DNA of 64,000 nt from Clostridia bacterium (GTDB lineage Bacteria > Bacillota > Clostridia > Christensenellales > Aristaeellaceae): NCBI GenBank assembly GCA_017513475.1, contig JAFXFR010000027.1, positions 9,882-73,881 of the forward strand. The letters are read 5' to 3'. The notes under the pieces were generated by a model, which saw nothing but the letters and a program-made list of their open reading frames with translations, was not told the origin of the DNA and made no database searches. Numbering within the stretch: position 1 is the stretch's first letter; the number at the start of each line of letters is the position of its first letter. The translations under genes were made by a program, and so were the position numbers. Below are positions 1-8,039 of the stretch, one piece after another.

Positions 1-578
1 TCAATGCGGCCCTGGCCATCAACGGCGATTTCTTCTCTTCCCGCCGCGATGAGGGCTATACCGCCCGCATGGGCAAGGTGTACAAGAACGTGTGCGACGA
101 GACCTACGACGTGATGGTGCTGGACAATATGGGTGACATGCATATCATCGTGGCGCCTTCCAAGCAGGACATGATTGATTTCACGGCACAGCTGGAGGCA
201 GAGGGCCGCACCATCGTCAACGGCTACACCTTCGGCCCGGGTCTGGTCATCAACGGCGAGAAGCAGACCGGCTTTCAGAATATGAACAATGCGGCGCATA
301 GTCCGGCCCAGCGCATGTGCCTGGCGCAGATCGGCCCGCTGGAATACCTGTGCATTTCCACCGAGGGCCCGGAAGATCCCGGCTCGGTTGGTCTGACGCT
401 GGAGCAGTTTGCGGATCTGGTCGCCTCCTTTGACGGCGTGATCAATGCCTACAACCTGGACGGCGGCTCCTCCTCCACCATGGTTTTCAACAATAAGAAG
501 GTGAATGCGCCCAACAATCCCAAGCGGCGCCCGTTGAAGGACATTATCTACTTCGCCAGCGCTTATCAGCCTGATTAA
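1..578 (+). CDS. Phosphodiester glycosidase (NAGPA/DUF2233) family protein, C-terminal part; 5' end lies outside the window
   Basis: Reading frame is open to the window start (..NAALAINGDFFSSRRDEGY..). The NLDGGSSSTM motif and overall resemblance fit the phosphodiester glycosidase family. Confidence 0.65.
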   Translation, partial: NAALAINGDFFSSRRDEGYTARMGKVYKNVCDETYDVMVLDNMGDMHIIVAPSKQDMIDFTAQLEAEGRTIVNGYTFGPGLVINGEKQTGFQNMNNAAHSPAQRMCLAQIGPLEYLCISTEGPEDPGSVGLTLEQFADLVASFDGVINAYNLDGGSSSTMVFNNKKVNAPNNPKRRPLKDIIYFASAYQPD

Positions 579-588
579 GGAGTTCCCC

Positions 589-1557
589 ATGGATGATATG
601 ATGCATGTCTTGTTCAGCGTTGCCGGTCTCCCGGTAACCACCTATGCTCTGTGCGTCGTGATCGCGCTGGCGCTGGGTCTGCTGCTGCTGGCCTGGCGGC
701 AGAAGAAGCATGGCCTGCGCTGCGACACGGCGGAGATCTTCGCGCTGTTGGCGCTGCCCCTGGGCCTGATCGGTGCGCGGCTGTTCTACTGCCTGGCCCG
801 CCTGACGATGTATATGGAGATGGGCCTTGTGAGCATCCTTCGCTTCTGGGACGGCGGCTATGCCCTGTGGGGCGCTGTCGGCGGCGCGGTGATCGCGGCC
901 ATCCTGACGGCGAAGATTACGAAGCAGTCCGCACTCAAGCTGCTGGACGCGCTGTCGGCCCCGGCTGCGCTGGTGATCGCGCTGGGCCGCCTGGCCGAGC
1001 TGACCAATGGCGAGGGCAGGGGCCTGGAGGTGATCACGCCCGTATTCCAGCGCTTCCCCTTCGCGCTGTACAACGCGGATTACGAGACGTGGTTCTGGGC
1101 CATCTGCGTGTTTGAGGCGGTGGCTGCGCTGGTGATCTTCGCCATCCTGCTGGCAAAGAAGCCTGCCCGCGACGGCGAACATGCCAGGCTGTTCCTGATC
1201 CTGTACTGTGCCAGTCAGATTCTGCTGGAGGCCCTGCGCGCGGACAACTTCCTGCACTGGACGCGGGTGTTCATCCGCGTGTCCCAGCTGACGGCGGTGC
1301 TGGTGCTGGCGGGGATGATGTTCTGTGCCCTGTGGCGCTGGCGTAAGGCTTCCGCGGACGCCCGCCTGCCCAGGAAGCAGGTGATCATCAACTGGGTGAT
1401 CTTCCTCATTTGCGTGGGCGTGAGCATCTGGATGCAGTTCGCGGTGCAGAAGTCTGCGCACATTCCTGCGTGGCTGTGCTACACGGTGATGGGCGTGTGC
1501 GCTGTGGGTTTCGGCGTGACGTCCCATCGGCTGATCATGAAGAACGTCAGGGAATAA
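589..1557 (+). CDS. lgt: Prolipoprotein diacylglyceryl transferase-like membrane protein
   Basis: 322 aa and multi-TM. Has an Lgt-like FWDGGYALWGAVGG region. AAGGAG RBS lies 6 nt upstream of the ATG. Confidence 0.7.
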   Translation: MDDMMHVLFSVAGLPVTTYALCVVIALALGLLLLAWRQKKHGLRCDTAEIFALLALPLGLIGARLFYCLARLTMYMEMGLVSILRFWDGGYALWGAVGGAVIAAILTAKITKQSALKLLDALSAPAALVIALGRLAELTNGEGRGLEVITPVFQRFPFALYNADYETWFWAICVFEAVAALVIFAILLAKKPARDGEHARLFLILYCASQILLEALRADNFLHWTRVFIRVSQLTAVLVLAGMMFCALWRWRKASADARLPRKQVIINWVIFLICVGVSIWMQFAVQKSAHIPAWLCYTVMGVCAVGFGVTSHRLIMKNVRE

Positions 1558-1567
1558 GTAGATATGA

Positions 1568-1599
1568 AGAGGCCGTCCCCCAAGGGGACGGCCTCTTTG
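1568..1599. terminator. Bidirectional rho-independent terminator (lgt / cotH convergent)
   Basis: AGAGGCCGTCCCC-CAA-GGGGACGGCCTCT, a 13-bp perfect stem flanked by A/T runs. Confidence 0.8.
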
Positions 1600-1604
1600 C
1601 ATGT

Positions 1605-3008
1605 TCATTTCCAGCAGTAGTTCAGGTAGTTGAAGCGCGCGCTGAGCCAGTCGTACAGATAGTCTGCAGCCTCCTGCTGGGAGCGGCAGCGGTTCAGTTC
1701 CGGCACCAGCTCGTGATTGCCCTCGGTGATGCGGGTGGGCCACCGGTCATAGTTCCGGGTGAAATCGGCGGCGTAAACAGTCGTCAGGGTGCGGACAAAC
1801 GCCAGGGTCTGTTCCGGGAGCCCCATGGCCGTCAGCTCCGCCCAGCGCGCCTTCACCATCTCCTGGAACCAGGGCTCATCCACGAAGAGCAGCAGCCAGG
1901 GGTTGCCGGCATAGCGGGCGTAATCTCCCCAGGATGACTCGTAATCGCTGCGGATGCCAAAGGCGGAGTCAAAATCCCAGGGGGCGTGGAAGGTGAGCCT
2001 GCGGCTGCCATCCTCGCTCATGTCCAGGGACAGGTAAAAACTGGACCACCCAAGATCCGGGTTGCAGGCGATCTCGTTGAGGATGTAGGTGTCCACCAGG
2101 GAGGGGAGATCGATGACCTGCGCGACTGTATCGCGCACGGAGCTGCTCTGTGTGGGTACCAGCTCGGTATACTTGTCGTTGAAGGTGTAGTGCTTGCCTT
2201 CCTTGACGGCAGCGTAGCAGATGCGGTAGATCAGCCGTACGCAGCCGCGCAGAAAGGCGGTCTGCCGGTTGTCCTCGATGTGGCTCTTGATGGTGTAGCC
2301 GTACTGCTCGCCGGTGAGACCCATGTGGTACACCTCGAAGAAGGGATCGCTGCGGGGGAGGGCGGCCTCCTCGGTGAAGTAGGCGTCGTATTCCATGAGG
2401 TAGCCGGTGTACCGGTTGGCGTCGCCGGGCTCGTTCTCAGCGATATCCACCCGGCCGGGGTTGACCTCCTGCTGCTCGGCCAGCAGATACACGCCCCAGT
2501 ATACACCGTTGATCTCCAGATGAACGAAGCGGTAATCAGTGCAGTAGTAGCCGTCGGCCCCGAGGATGTTATGGGCCAGGAACAGGGCCGTAGCGCTGTT
2601 GAGCATGGACAGATCCTTCCACTCCGCCAGCAGCACCCAGCTCTTGTAGGGCTGGTTTTCGTTCAGCCCCAGCATGCTCTGCTTTTTGCTAAATTTGATG
2701 CGGATGGACTTCTTGGGGTAATCCAGCGTCCAGTTGCCGCGAACCTTGACCTGAGCCTTTTCATTCCGGAGGAGAACCCGCTCCCCGTCGGTGACGGTGA
2801 TGGCCGCGTCCACGTAGTCGATGCGCCCCTGCAGCTTGTCCTCGCGGACCCAGGCGGTGGCGAAACGATTGCTGTCCCCGGTGGAGATGGAGATGACCGG
2901 CATGTCCGCTGTGATCTGCGGATACCAGAGCGGGGACGCTTCCTCCGCCGTGGCGCTGCCGAAAAGGGTCAGCAGGGCGAAAAGCAGTCCTGTCAGTAGC
3001 TTTTTCAT
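1605..3008 (-). CDS. Secreted CotH kinase family protein
   Basis: 467 aa with signal peptide MKKLLTGLLFALLTLFGSATA. CotH-like blocks (VKVRGNWTL, KKSIRIKF, GVYLLAEQ). Confidence 0.7.
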   Translation of the reverse strand: MKKLLTGLLFALLTLFGSATAEEASPLWYPQITADMPVISISTGDSNRFATAWVREDKLQGRIDYVDAAITVTDGERVLLRNEKAQVKVRGNWTLDYPKKSIRIKFSKKQSMLGLNENQPYKSWVLLAEWKDLSMLNSATALFLAHNILGADGYYCTDYRFVHLEINGVYWGVYLLAEQQEVNPGRVDIAENEPGDANRYTGYLMEYDAYFTEEAALPRSDPFFEVYHMGLTGEQYGYTIKSHIEDNRQTAFLRGCVRLIYRICYAAVKEGKHYTFNDKYTELVPTQSSSVRDTVAQVIDLPSLVDTYILNEIACNPDLGWSSFYLSLDMSEDGSRRLTFHAPWDFDSAFGIRSDYESSWGDYARYAGNPWLLLFVDEPWFQEMVKARWAELTAMGLPEQTLAFVRTLTTVYAADFTRNYDRWPTRITEGNHELVPELNRCRSQQEAADYLYDWLSARFNYLNYCWK

Positions 3009-3019
3009 GATGTACCTCG

Positions 3020-3065
3020 AAAAAACGTCCGTGCGGGGGACTTCATCCCGTTGATCCGCACGGAC
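3020..3065 (-). terminator. Terminator after the GH127 gene
   Basis: 10-bp stem GTCCGTGCGG/CCGCACGGAC followed by TTTTTT on the minus strand. Confidence 0.65.
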
Positions 3066-3098
3066 AGTCTGTTTGATTCAACGACGCGTGACCTCAAA

Positions 3099-3121
3099 GC
3101 CAACTCAATCGCGAGCTGGGT
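3099..3121 (-). repeat. Short dispersed repeat directly downstream of the GH127 stop codon
   Basis: Minus strand ACCCAGCTCGCGATTGAGTTGGC shares an exact 17-mer, AGCTCGCGATTGAGTTG, with 38349-38372. Confidence 0.7.
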
Positions 3122-3136
3122 GCAGCGTCACGCTGC

Positions 3137-5194
3137 TTACTTTCTGCGGAGCCAGACGAGCATTTCGCCTTCGCCGCGATTGGCCCAGGCGTAGTAGGGG
3201 ACAAGGTGAATCTTCGCGGTCTCCTCCTTGGGGGGCTGCCAGATGGTGTAGAGGGAGTCGCTCTCCGGGGGCAGCAGACGCTTGGCGGGCACGTGGAGCT
3301 TCACGGTCTCGTGGCCGAAGGTGGTCTCGTCGAACTCCCACTCGATGCCCTCGCCGTGGTCGCCGATGTAGCGGGTGTCCACGCGCAGGAGGTGGAGGTT
3401 GTCGCCGTTGTCGGCCTGCTCGGCGCAGAAGGTTACCGGGCCGCGGCGGAAGGCCACCTTGTCCACGTCCGCGCGGACGGCGGGATTGGCGGCCAGCATC
3501 CGCACCTGCATGGGCAGGTGGAGGGTGATCATGTCACCGTCGTGCCATTCGCCGGTGATGTAGGCGTAACCGTCCTTGTAGACGGGGGCCTTGTCGCCGC
3601 AGGTGATGACGGCGTCCTGAGCCCAGTTGGGGATGCGGAAGGCCAGGGTGCCGTTCACCGCCTCGTCGCAGTGGACGGTCACGTACACATGGCCGTGCCA
3701 GGGCATGCGGGCCTTGACCTCCATCACGAGCTTCTTGCCGGCGAAGTCCTTCTCCACCTTGCCGCCCATGTAGAGGTGGGTGAAGAGGGTGTCCTCGTTC
3801 TCGGTGTAGGCGTAGGAGGCGATGGACGCCACGATGCGGGCAATGTTGGGCGGGCAGCAGGCGCACCCGAACCACTTGCGGCGGGTGGGCTGTACATGGC
3901 GCATCAGCTGATTGCGGCGGCAGGCGTCCGGCACAACGGCCAGCGGGTTGACGTAGAAGAAGCTCTTGCCGTCCAGCGCCATGCCGGAGAGGACGGTGTT
4001 GTACAGCGCCAGCTCCATCACATCGCCGTACTTGCTGTCGGGCTTGATTTGAAGCATGCGGCGGGCGAAGAAGGCCAGGCCGATGGCAGCGCAGGTCTCG
4101 GAGTAGGCGGTGTCGTTGGGCAGGTCGTAATCGTAGGTGAAGGCCTCGCCGTGGACGGTAGCGCCGATGCCGCCGGTCACGTACAGCTGCTTGTTCATGA
4201 TGTTGTCAAAGAGACGATCGCAGGCCTCCAGCAGGGAATCGTCGCCGGTCAGGCGGGCGATATCCGCCATGCCGGAGTACAGGTAGGTCGCGCGCACGGC
4301 ATGACCTGTGGCTACCTGCTGCTCACGGACGGGCGCGGCAGCCTGATGGTACTCGGAGCCCTGATTGAGGTCGCCCTTCCAGACGCGGCCTTCCTTTTCC
4401 GCGCGGGCCTTGTCCTCCAAGGAGAAGTAGCTGGGCTTCTGGCCGCGCTGATCCACAAAGAACTTGCTCAGACGCAGGTATTTCTCTTCGCCCGTCACCT
4501 CGTACAGGCGGACCAGCGCCATCTCAGCGATCTCGTGGCCGGGATAGCCCTTGCACTTGCCTTCCTCCGGGCCGAAGCGCGCCTCGATAAAGTCCGCAAA
4601 GCGGGCGGCGGCGCGCAGGAGCTTATCCTTGCCGGTGGCCTGATAATAGGCGACTGCGCCCTCCACCAGATGGCCCAGGCAGTACAGCTCGTGGTTGTCA
4701 CGCAGGTTGGTCAGCGCAGCGTCCATGCCGTTGATGATATAGTAGGTGTCCAGATAGCCGTCGGGGGTCTGGGCGGCGCAGACGACGTCAATGGCCTCGT
4801 CCGCGATCTTCTCCAGCTCCGGATCGGGATGCTGGGTCAGGCTGTAGCCGACAGCCTCGATCCACTTGGAGAAGTCCGTATCCTGGAAAACGAAGCCATA
4901 GAAGCGGCCTTCTTCCGGGTTTGCGGGATCATCGGGCAGGGCGTTGAAGCCGCGATAGGTATACTTCGGAGGAACGTACCGGACATTCTGGCGCTGCTCA
5001 GCCATCATCTTGCCGGCGGTGCGGAAATTGCGCATGCACCAGGAGGGATCTGCGCCGGGCACGCGGTCATTGAGGGCCTCCCACTGATAAGGGATGACCT
5101 CGTTGCGCACCAGCTCCATCTCCCGCTGCCAGAACGGGTCAGTAACGGTGACTTTTTTCAGATCGATGGGGGAGGAGAAAACCTGCTTGTTCAT
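3137..5194 (-). CDS. Glycoside hydrolase family 127 (DUF1680, beta-L-arabinofuranosidase-like)
   Basis: 685 aa. N-terminal VTDPFWQ block and Cys-rich WFGCACCPPNIAR motif are typical of HypBA1-type GH127. AAGGAGAGG RBS. Confidence 0.8.
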   Translation of the reverse strand: MNKQVFSSPIDLKKVTVTDPFWQREMELVRNEVIPYQWEALNDRVPGADPSWCMRNFRTAGKMMAEQRQNVRYVPPKYTYRGFNALPDDPANPEEGRFYGFVFQDTDFSKWIEAVGYSLTQHPDPELEKIADEAIDVVCAAQTPDGYLDTYYIINGMDAALTNLRDNHELYCLGHLVEGAVAYYQATGKDKLLRAAARFADFIEARFGPEEGKCKGYPGHEIAEMALVRLYEVTGEEKYLRLSKFFVDQRGQKPSYFSLEDKARAEKEGRVWKGDLNQGSEYHQAAAPVREQQVATGHAVRATYLYSGMADIARLTGDDSLLEACDRLFDNIMNKQLYVTGGIGATVHGEAFTYDYDLPNDTAYSETCAAIGLAFFARRMLQIKPDSKYGDVMELALYNTVLSGMALDGKSFFYVNPLAVVPDACRRNQLMRHVQPTRRKWFGCACCPPNIARIVASIASYAYTENEDTLFTHLYMGGKVEKDFAGKKLVMEVKARMPWHGHVYVTVHCDEAVNGTLAFRIPNWAQDAVITCGDKAPVYKDGYAYITGEWHDGDMITLHLPMQVRMLAANPAVRADVDKVAFRRGPVTFCAEQADNGDNLHLLRVDTRYIGDHGEGIEWEFDETTFGHETVKLHVPAKRLLPPESDSLYTIWQPPKEETAKIHLVPYYAWANRGEGEMLVWLRRK

Positions 5195-5233
5195 ATCGGA
5201 ACGCCTCTCCTTTTGTCGAATTACTGTACCAAT

Positions 5234-5262
5234 AGTATACAGGTTAAGCGCAGGAAATTCAA
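5234..5262 (-). promoter_or_regulatory. Sigma-A-type promoter for the GH127 gene
   Basis: Minus strand TTGAAT-17 nt-TATACT. Confidence 0.45.
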
Positions 5263-5306
5263 GGGGAAAAGTGTCGTTTTTGTTACAAAATGCACTTCGG
5301 TATTGC

Positions 5307-5336
5307 TTGACAGACGGCTGGAGAATAGGGTATCAT
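5307..5336 (+). promoter_or_regulatory. Sigma-A-type promoter for the MBL-fold gene
   Basis: TTGACA-18 nt-TATCAT. Confidence 0.5.
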
Positions 5337-5367
5337 GAAGGAGTAATTATCCACCTGGAGGAAACGG

Positions 5368-6285
5368 ATGAAGAAGCTGATCACGCTCCTGCTGATGCTG
5401 GTGATGCTGCCTGCAGCCGCATTTGCGGAGATTTTCTTTATTGAGGACGAATCCCAGCTGCCCGAGGGCTGGACGGAAAAGCCGCTGCTGCGGATCACTG
5501 CCATCGACACCGATCGTTCCGATGCGATGCTGATCCAGTGCGGCGGGGAAAATATGATGATCGATGGAGGTTCGGTGCAGTTCTACCCCCGCCTGGAGGA
5601 GCTGTTCGACGCCGAGGGCATCACAGAGTTCAAGTACCTCCTCAACACCCACCCGGACAACGATCATCTTCAGGGCCTGACCAAGATGATGAACCACCGT
5701 ATCCTCGCGGAGGACGGCAAGACGGACCTGGGCCCCAAGTACCAGATCGGCGGCTTCTGCTCTGCCGTGAAAAAGGATTATAAGAATACCAGTTACCACA
5801 AGGCTGCCGTCCGGGCGGTGGACAAGTACGGCATTCCCTATGTGCAGGTCTATCACGGCGATGTGCTGACCCTCGGCGGCGCGACGATCAACATCATCCG
5901 CTGCGATGAGAGCTGGGGCACCAATGCCCGCAGCGCCTGCACCCAGATCGTCTTCGGCGACAGCAAGGTGCTCCTCATGGGCGACTGCGACAGCCGTCCC
6001 CAGAAGTACTTCCTCAAGAATGTGGATCACAGCCTGCTGGAGTGCGATATTTTGAAGGCTGTCCACCACGGCATCAACGGCTTCGAGGAGATGTTCCTGG
6101 AAGTCGCTCAGCCGGAGTTCATCTTCATCCCCAACTTCAAAGCGCACAAGAGCATCAAGAATGGCACGAAGCGCAAGTTCGCTGAGTACAACGCTCTTTA
6201 CTCCGGCGACGGCACCGTCGTCATGGAGACCGACGGCACTGACTGGTACATCTGGCAGCTGCCCAACTGGACGAAGAAAAAGTAA
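5368..6285 (+). CDS. Secreted MBL-fold metallo-hydrolase (resembles the ComEC C-terminal beta-lactamase-like domain)
   Basis: 305 aa with signal peptide MKKLITLLLMLVMLPAAAFA. Has a THPDNDH metal-binding variant motif and a later HHG. GGAGGA RBS. Confidence 0.6.
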   Translation: MKKLITLLLMLVMLPAAAFAEIFFIEDESQLPEGWTEKPLLRITAIDTDRSDAMLIQCGGENMMIDGGSVQFYPRLEELFDAEGITEFKYLLNTHPDNDHLQGLTKMMNHRILAEDGKTDLGPKYQIGGFCSAVKKDYKNTSYHKAAVRAVDKYGIPYVQVYHGDVLTLGGATINIIRCDESWGTNARSACTQIVFGDSKVLLMGDCDSRPQKYFLKNVDHSLLECDILKAVHHGINGFEEMFLEVAQPEFIFIPNFKAHKSIKNGTKRKFAEYNALYSGDGTVVMETDGTDWYIWQLPNWTKKK

Positions 6286-6291
6286 AAAAGT

Positions 6292-6330
6292 GCGGCTCCC
6301 CGTGAAAGATGCGGGGAGCCGCTGTTTGTT
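6292..6330 (+). terminator. Terminator after the MBL-fold gene
   Basis: GCGGCTCCCCG...CGGGGAGCCGC followed by TGTTTGTT. Confidence 0.8.
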
Positions 6331-6347
6331 GTGGATGAATTGGTGAC

Positions 6348-6386
6348 AAATTCGCCGTCAGCAGACTGTAAATCGAAAGCCGGCAC
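6348..6386 (+). repeat. Dispersed intergenic repeat, copy 1 (homologous to 32382-32421)
   Basis: Core TCGCCGTC(A/G)GCAGACTG(T/A)AAATCGAAA matches at 27 of 29 positions. Weaker similarity continues for about 30 nt. Confidence 0.7.
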
Positions 6387-6423
6387 AAAAAAACTCGGGG
6401 AAATGACTTTCGTCATCTCCCCG
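6387..6423 (-). terminator. Terminator after the isomerase gene
   Basis: Minus strand CGGGGAGATGAC-GAAA-GTCATTTCCCCG followed by AGTTTTTTT. Confidence 0.8.
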
Positions 6424-6437
6424 AAGCCGTCAGGCAA

Positions 6438-7928
6438 TTATGCCCAGGGATTCTCGGTGGGGTAGGGCAGGTTCTTGGGCTGGTTGTAAGCGATATCCTG
6501 CACGCCCAGGTACTTGAAGACCTCGAACAGGGCCTTCACGCAGTGAGAGAAGGCAACCGCACCGTGGTGGGGGTAGCGCTTCTGCACCAGCACGTGACGG
6601 TAGAAGCGGTCCATCTCCTTGATGGCGAAGATGCCGATGCCGCCGAAGGACTGGGTGGCGACGGGCAGAACCTCGCCCTGAGCGATGTAGGAGCGGAGCA
6701 CGCCGTCAGAGTCGCACTGCAGGCGGTAGAAGGTGATGTCGGAAGCAGCGATGTCGCCTTCCAGGGTGCCGCGGGAGATGTCGGGCTCGGATCCTTCGGG
6801 CTCGAGCACGCGGTGCTGGATCAGCTGGTACTTGACCGCGCGGTCCTCGCACATCTTGCAGGAGGGGGTGTTGCCGCAGTGGAAGCCCATGAAGGTCTCG
6901 GTCAGGCGGTAATCGAACTTGCCGGCGATGTCCTTGTCGTAGATGTAGCCGGGCACGGAGTTGTTGATGTCCAGCAGGGTGACGGCGTCACCGGTGATGC
7001 AGGCGCCGATGTACTCGGACACAGCACCGTAGATGTCCACTTCGCAGGCGACCGGGATGCCGCGGGAAGCCAGACGGGAGTTGACGTAGCAGGGCTCGAA
7101 GCCGAACTGAGAGGGGAAGGCGGGCCAGCACTTGTCAGCGAAGACAACGTACTTGCGGGCGCCCTTGTGGTTCTCAGCCCAATCCAGCAGGGTCAGCTCA
7201 AACTGAGCCATACGCTCGCACAGGTCGGGGTAGTACTTGCCCTCGCCCATTTCGGCGGCCATGTCAGCGCAGATGGCGGGGATGCGGGGATCGTTCTTGT
7301 GCTCGCGGTAGGAGACCAGCAGATCCAGCTCGGAGTTCTCCTCGATTTCGATGCCCAGCTCGTACAGGCCCTTGATGGGGGCGTTGCAGGCGAAGAAGTC
7401 CTGGGGACGGGGGCCGAAGGTGATGACCTTCAGGTTCTTCACGCCGATGATGGCGCGGGCGATCGGCACGAACTCGGCGATCTTGTCGGCCAGCTCTTCA
7501 GCGGTGCCCACGGGGTACTCGGGGATGTAGCCCTTCAGGTGACGCATGCCCAGGTTGTAGGAGCAGTTCAGCATGCCGCAGTAGGCGTCGCCGCGGCCGT
7601 TGATCATGTCGCCATCGCCCTCAGCGGCGGCCACGAACATGCAGGGGCCGTCGAAGTACTTGGCGATCAGGGTTTCGGGGGTCTCGGGGCCGAAGTTGCC
7701 CAGGAACACCACGCAAGCGTTGCACTCATTGGCCTTGAGCTCTTCAACGGCCTTGAGCATGTCCTTTTCGTTCTCAACGGTGGTCTTGATCTCGACGATC
7801 TCGAGATTCTTCTGGCCGCACTTTTCAGCGATGGCGGCACGGCGCTTCTCGCTCAGGGTGATCGGGAAGCAGTCACGGGACACGGCCACAAGGCCGAGCT
7901 TCACAACAGGAATGTTCTGCATATCCAT
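6438..7928 (-). CDS. L-fucose/L-arabinose isomerase family protein
   Basis: N-terminal block VKLGLVAVSRDCFP and overall resemblance to Fucose_iso family sugar isomerases. Start moved to ATG 7928 (MDMQNIP), which has an AAGGAGGA RBS. The 24 upstream codons of the tracked ORF overlap the promoter. Confidence 0.7.
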   Translation of the reverse strand: MDMQNIPVVKLGLVAVSRDCFPITLSEKRRAAIAEKCGQKNLEIVEIKTTVENEKDMLKAVEELKANECNACVVFLGNFGPETPETLIAKYFDGPCMFVAAAEGDGDMINGRGDAYCGMLNCSYNLGMRHLKGYIPEYPVGTAEELADKIAEFVPIARAIIGVKNLKVITFGPRPQDFFACNAPIKGLYELGIEIEENSELDLLVSYREHKNDPRIPAICADMAAEMGEGKYYPDLCERMAQFELTLLDWAENHKGARKYVVFADKCWPAFPSQFGFEPCYVNSRLASRGIPVACEVDIYGAVSEYIGACITGDAVTLLDINNSVPGYIYDKDIAGKFDYRLTETFMGFHCGNTPSCKMCEDRAVKYQLIQHRVLEPEGSEPDISRGTLEGDIAASDITFYRLQCDSDGVLRSYIAQGEVLPVATQSFGGIGIFAIKEMDRFYRHVLVQKRYPHHGAVAFSHCVKALFEVFKYLGVQDIAYNQPKNLPYPTENPWA

Positions 7929-7971
7929 TTTCCTCCTTAAAAATGCCCAATCTGGGACATTATCTACGATA

Positions 7972-8000
7972 AGTATACCAAGTTCACGGGGATTCGTCAA
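7972..8000 (-). promoter_or_regulatory. Sigma-A-type promoter for the isomerase gene
   Basis: Minus strand TTGACG-17 nt-TATACT. Confidence 0.5.
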
Positions 8001-8039
8001 TGCAAATTATGCCGGGGAATACGCAATTTTTGCCGGGGA

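Noticed and set aside
7929-8000. N-terminal extensions given by the ORF track for many genes. Examples are the isomerase to 8000, GH42 to 25965, PHP to 28793, HAD to 37238, Card1-like to 40347, endolysin to 60900, the head-tail adaptor to 63777, and the 50702 gene to 51409.
   Set aside because: In each case an internal ATG or GTG with a good SD at 5-10 nt matches the expected family N-terminus. The upstream codons overlap promoters, terminators or the preceding gene.
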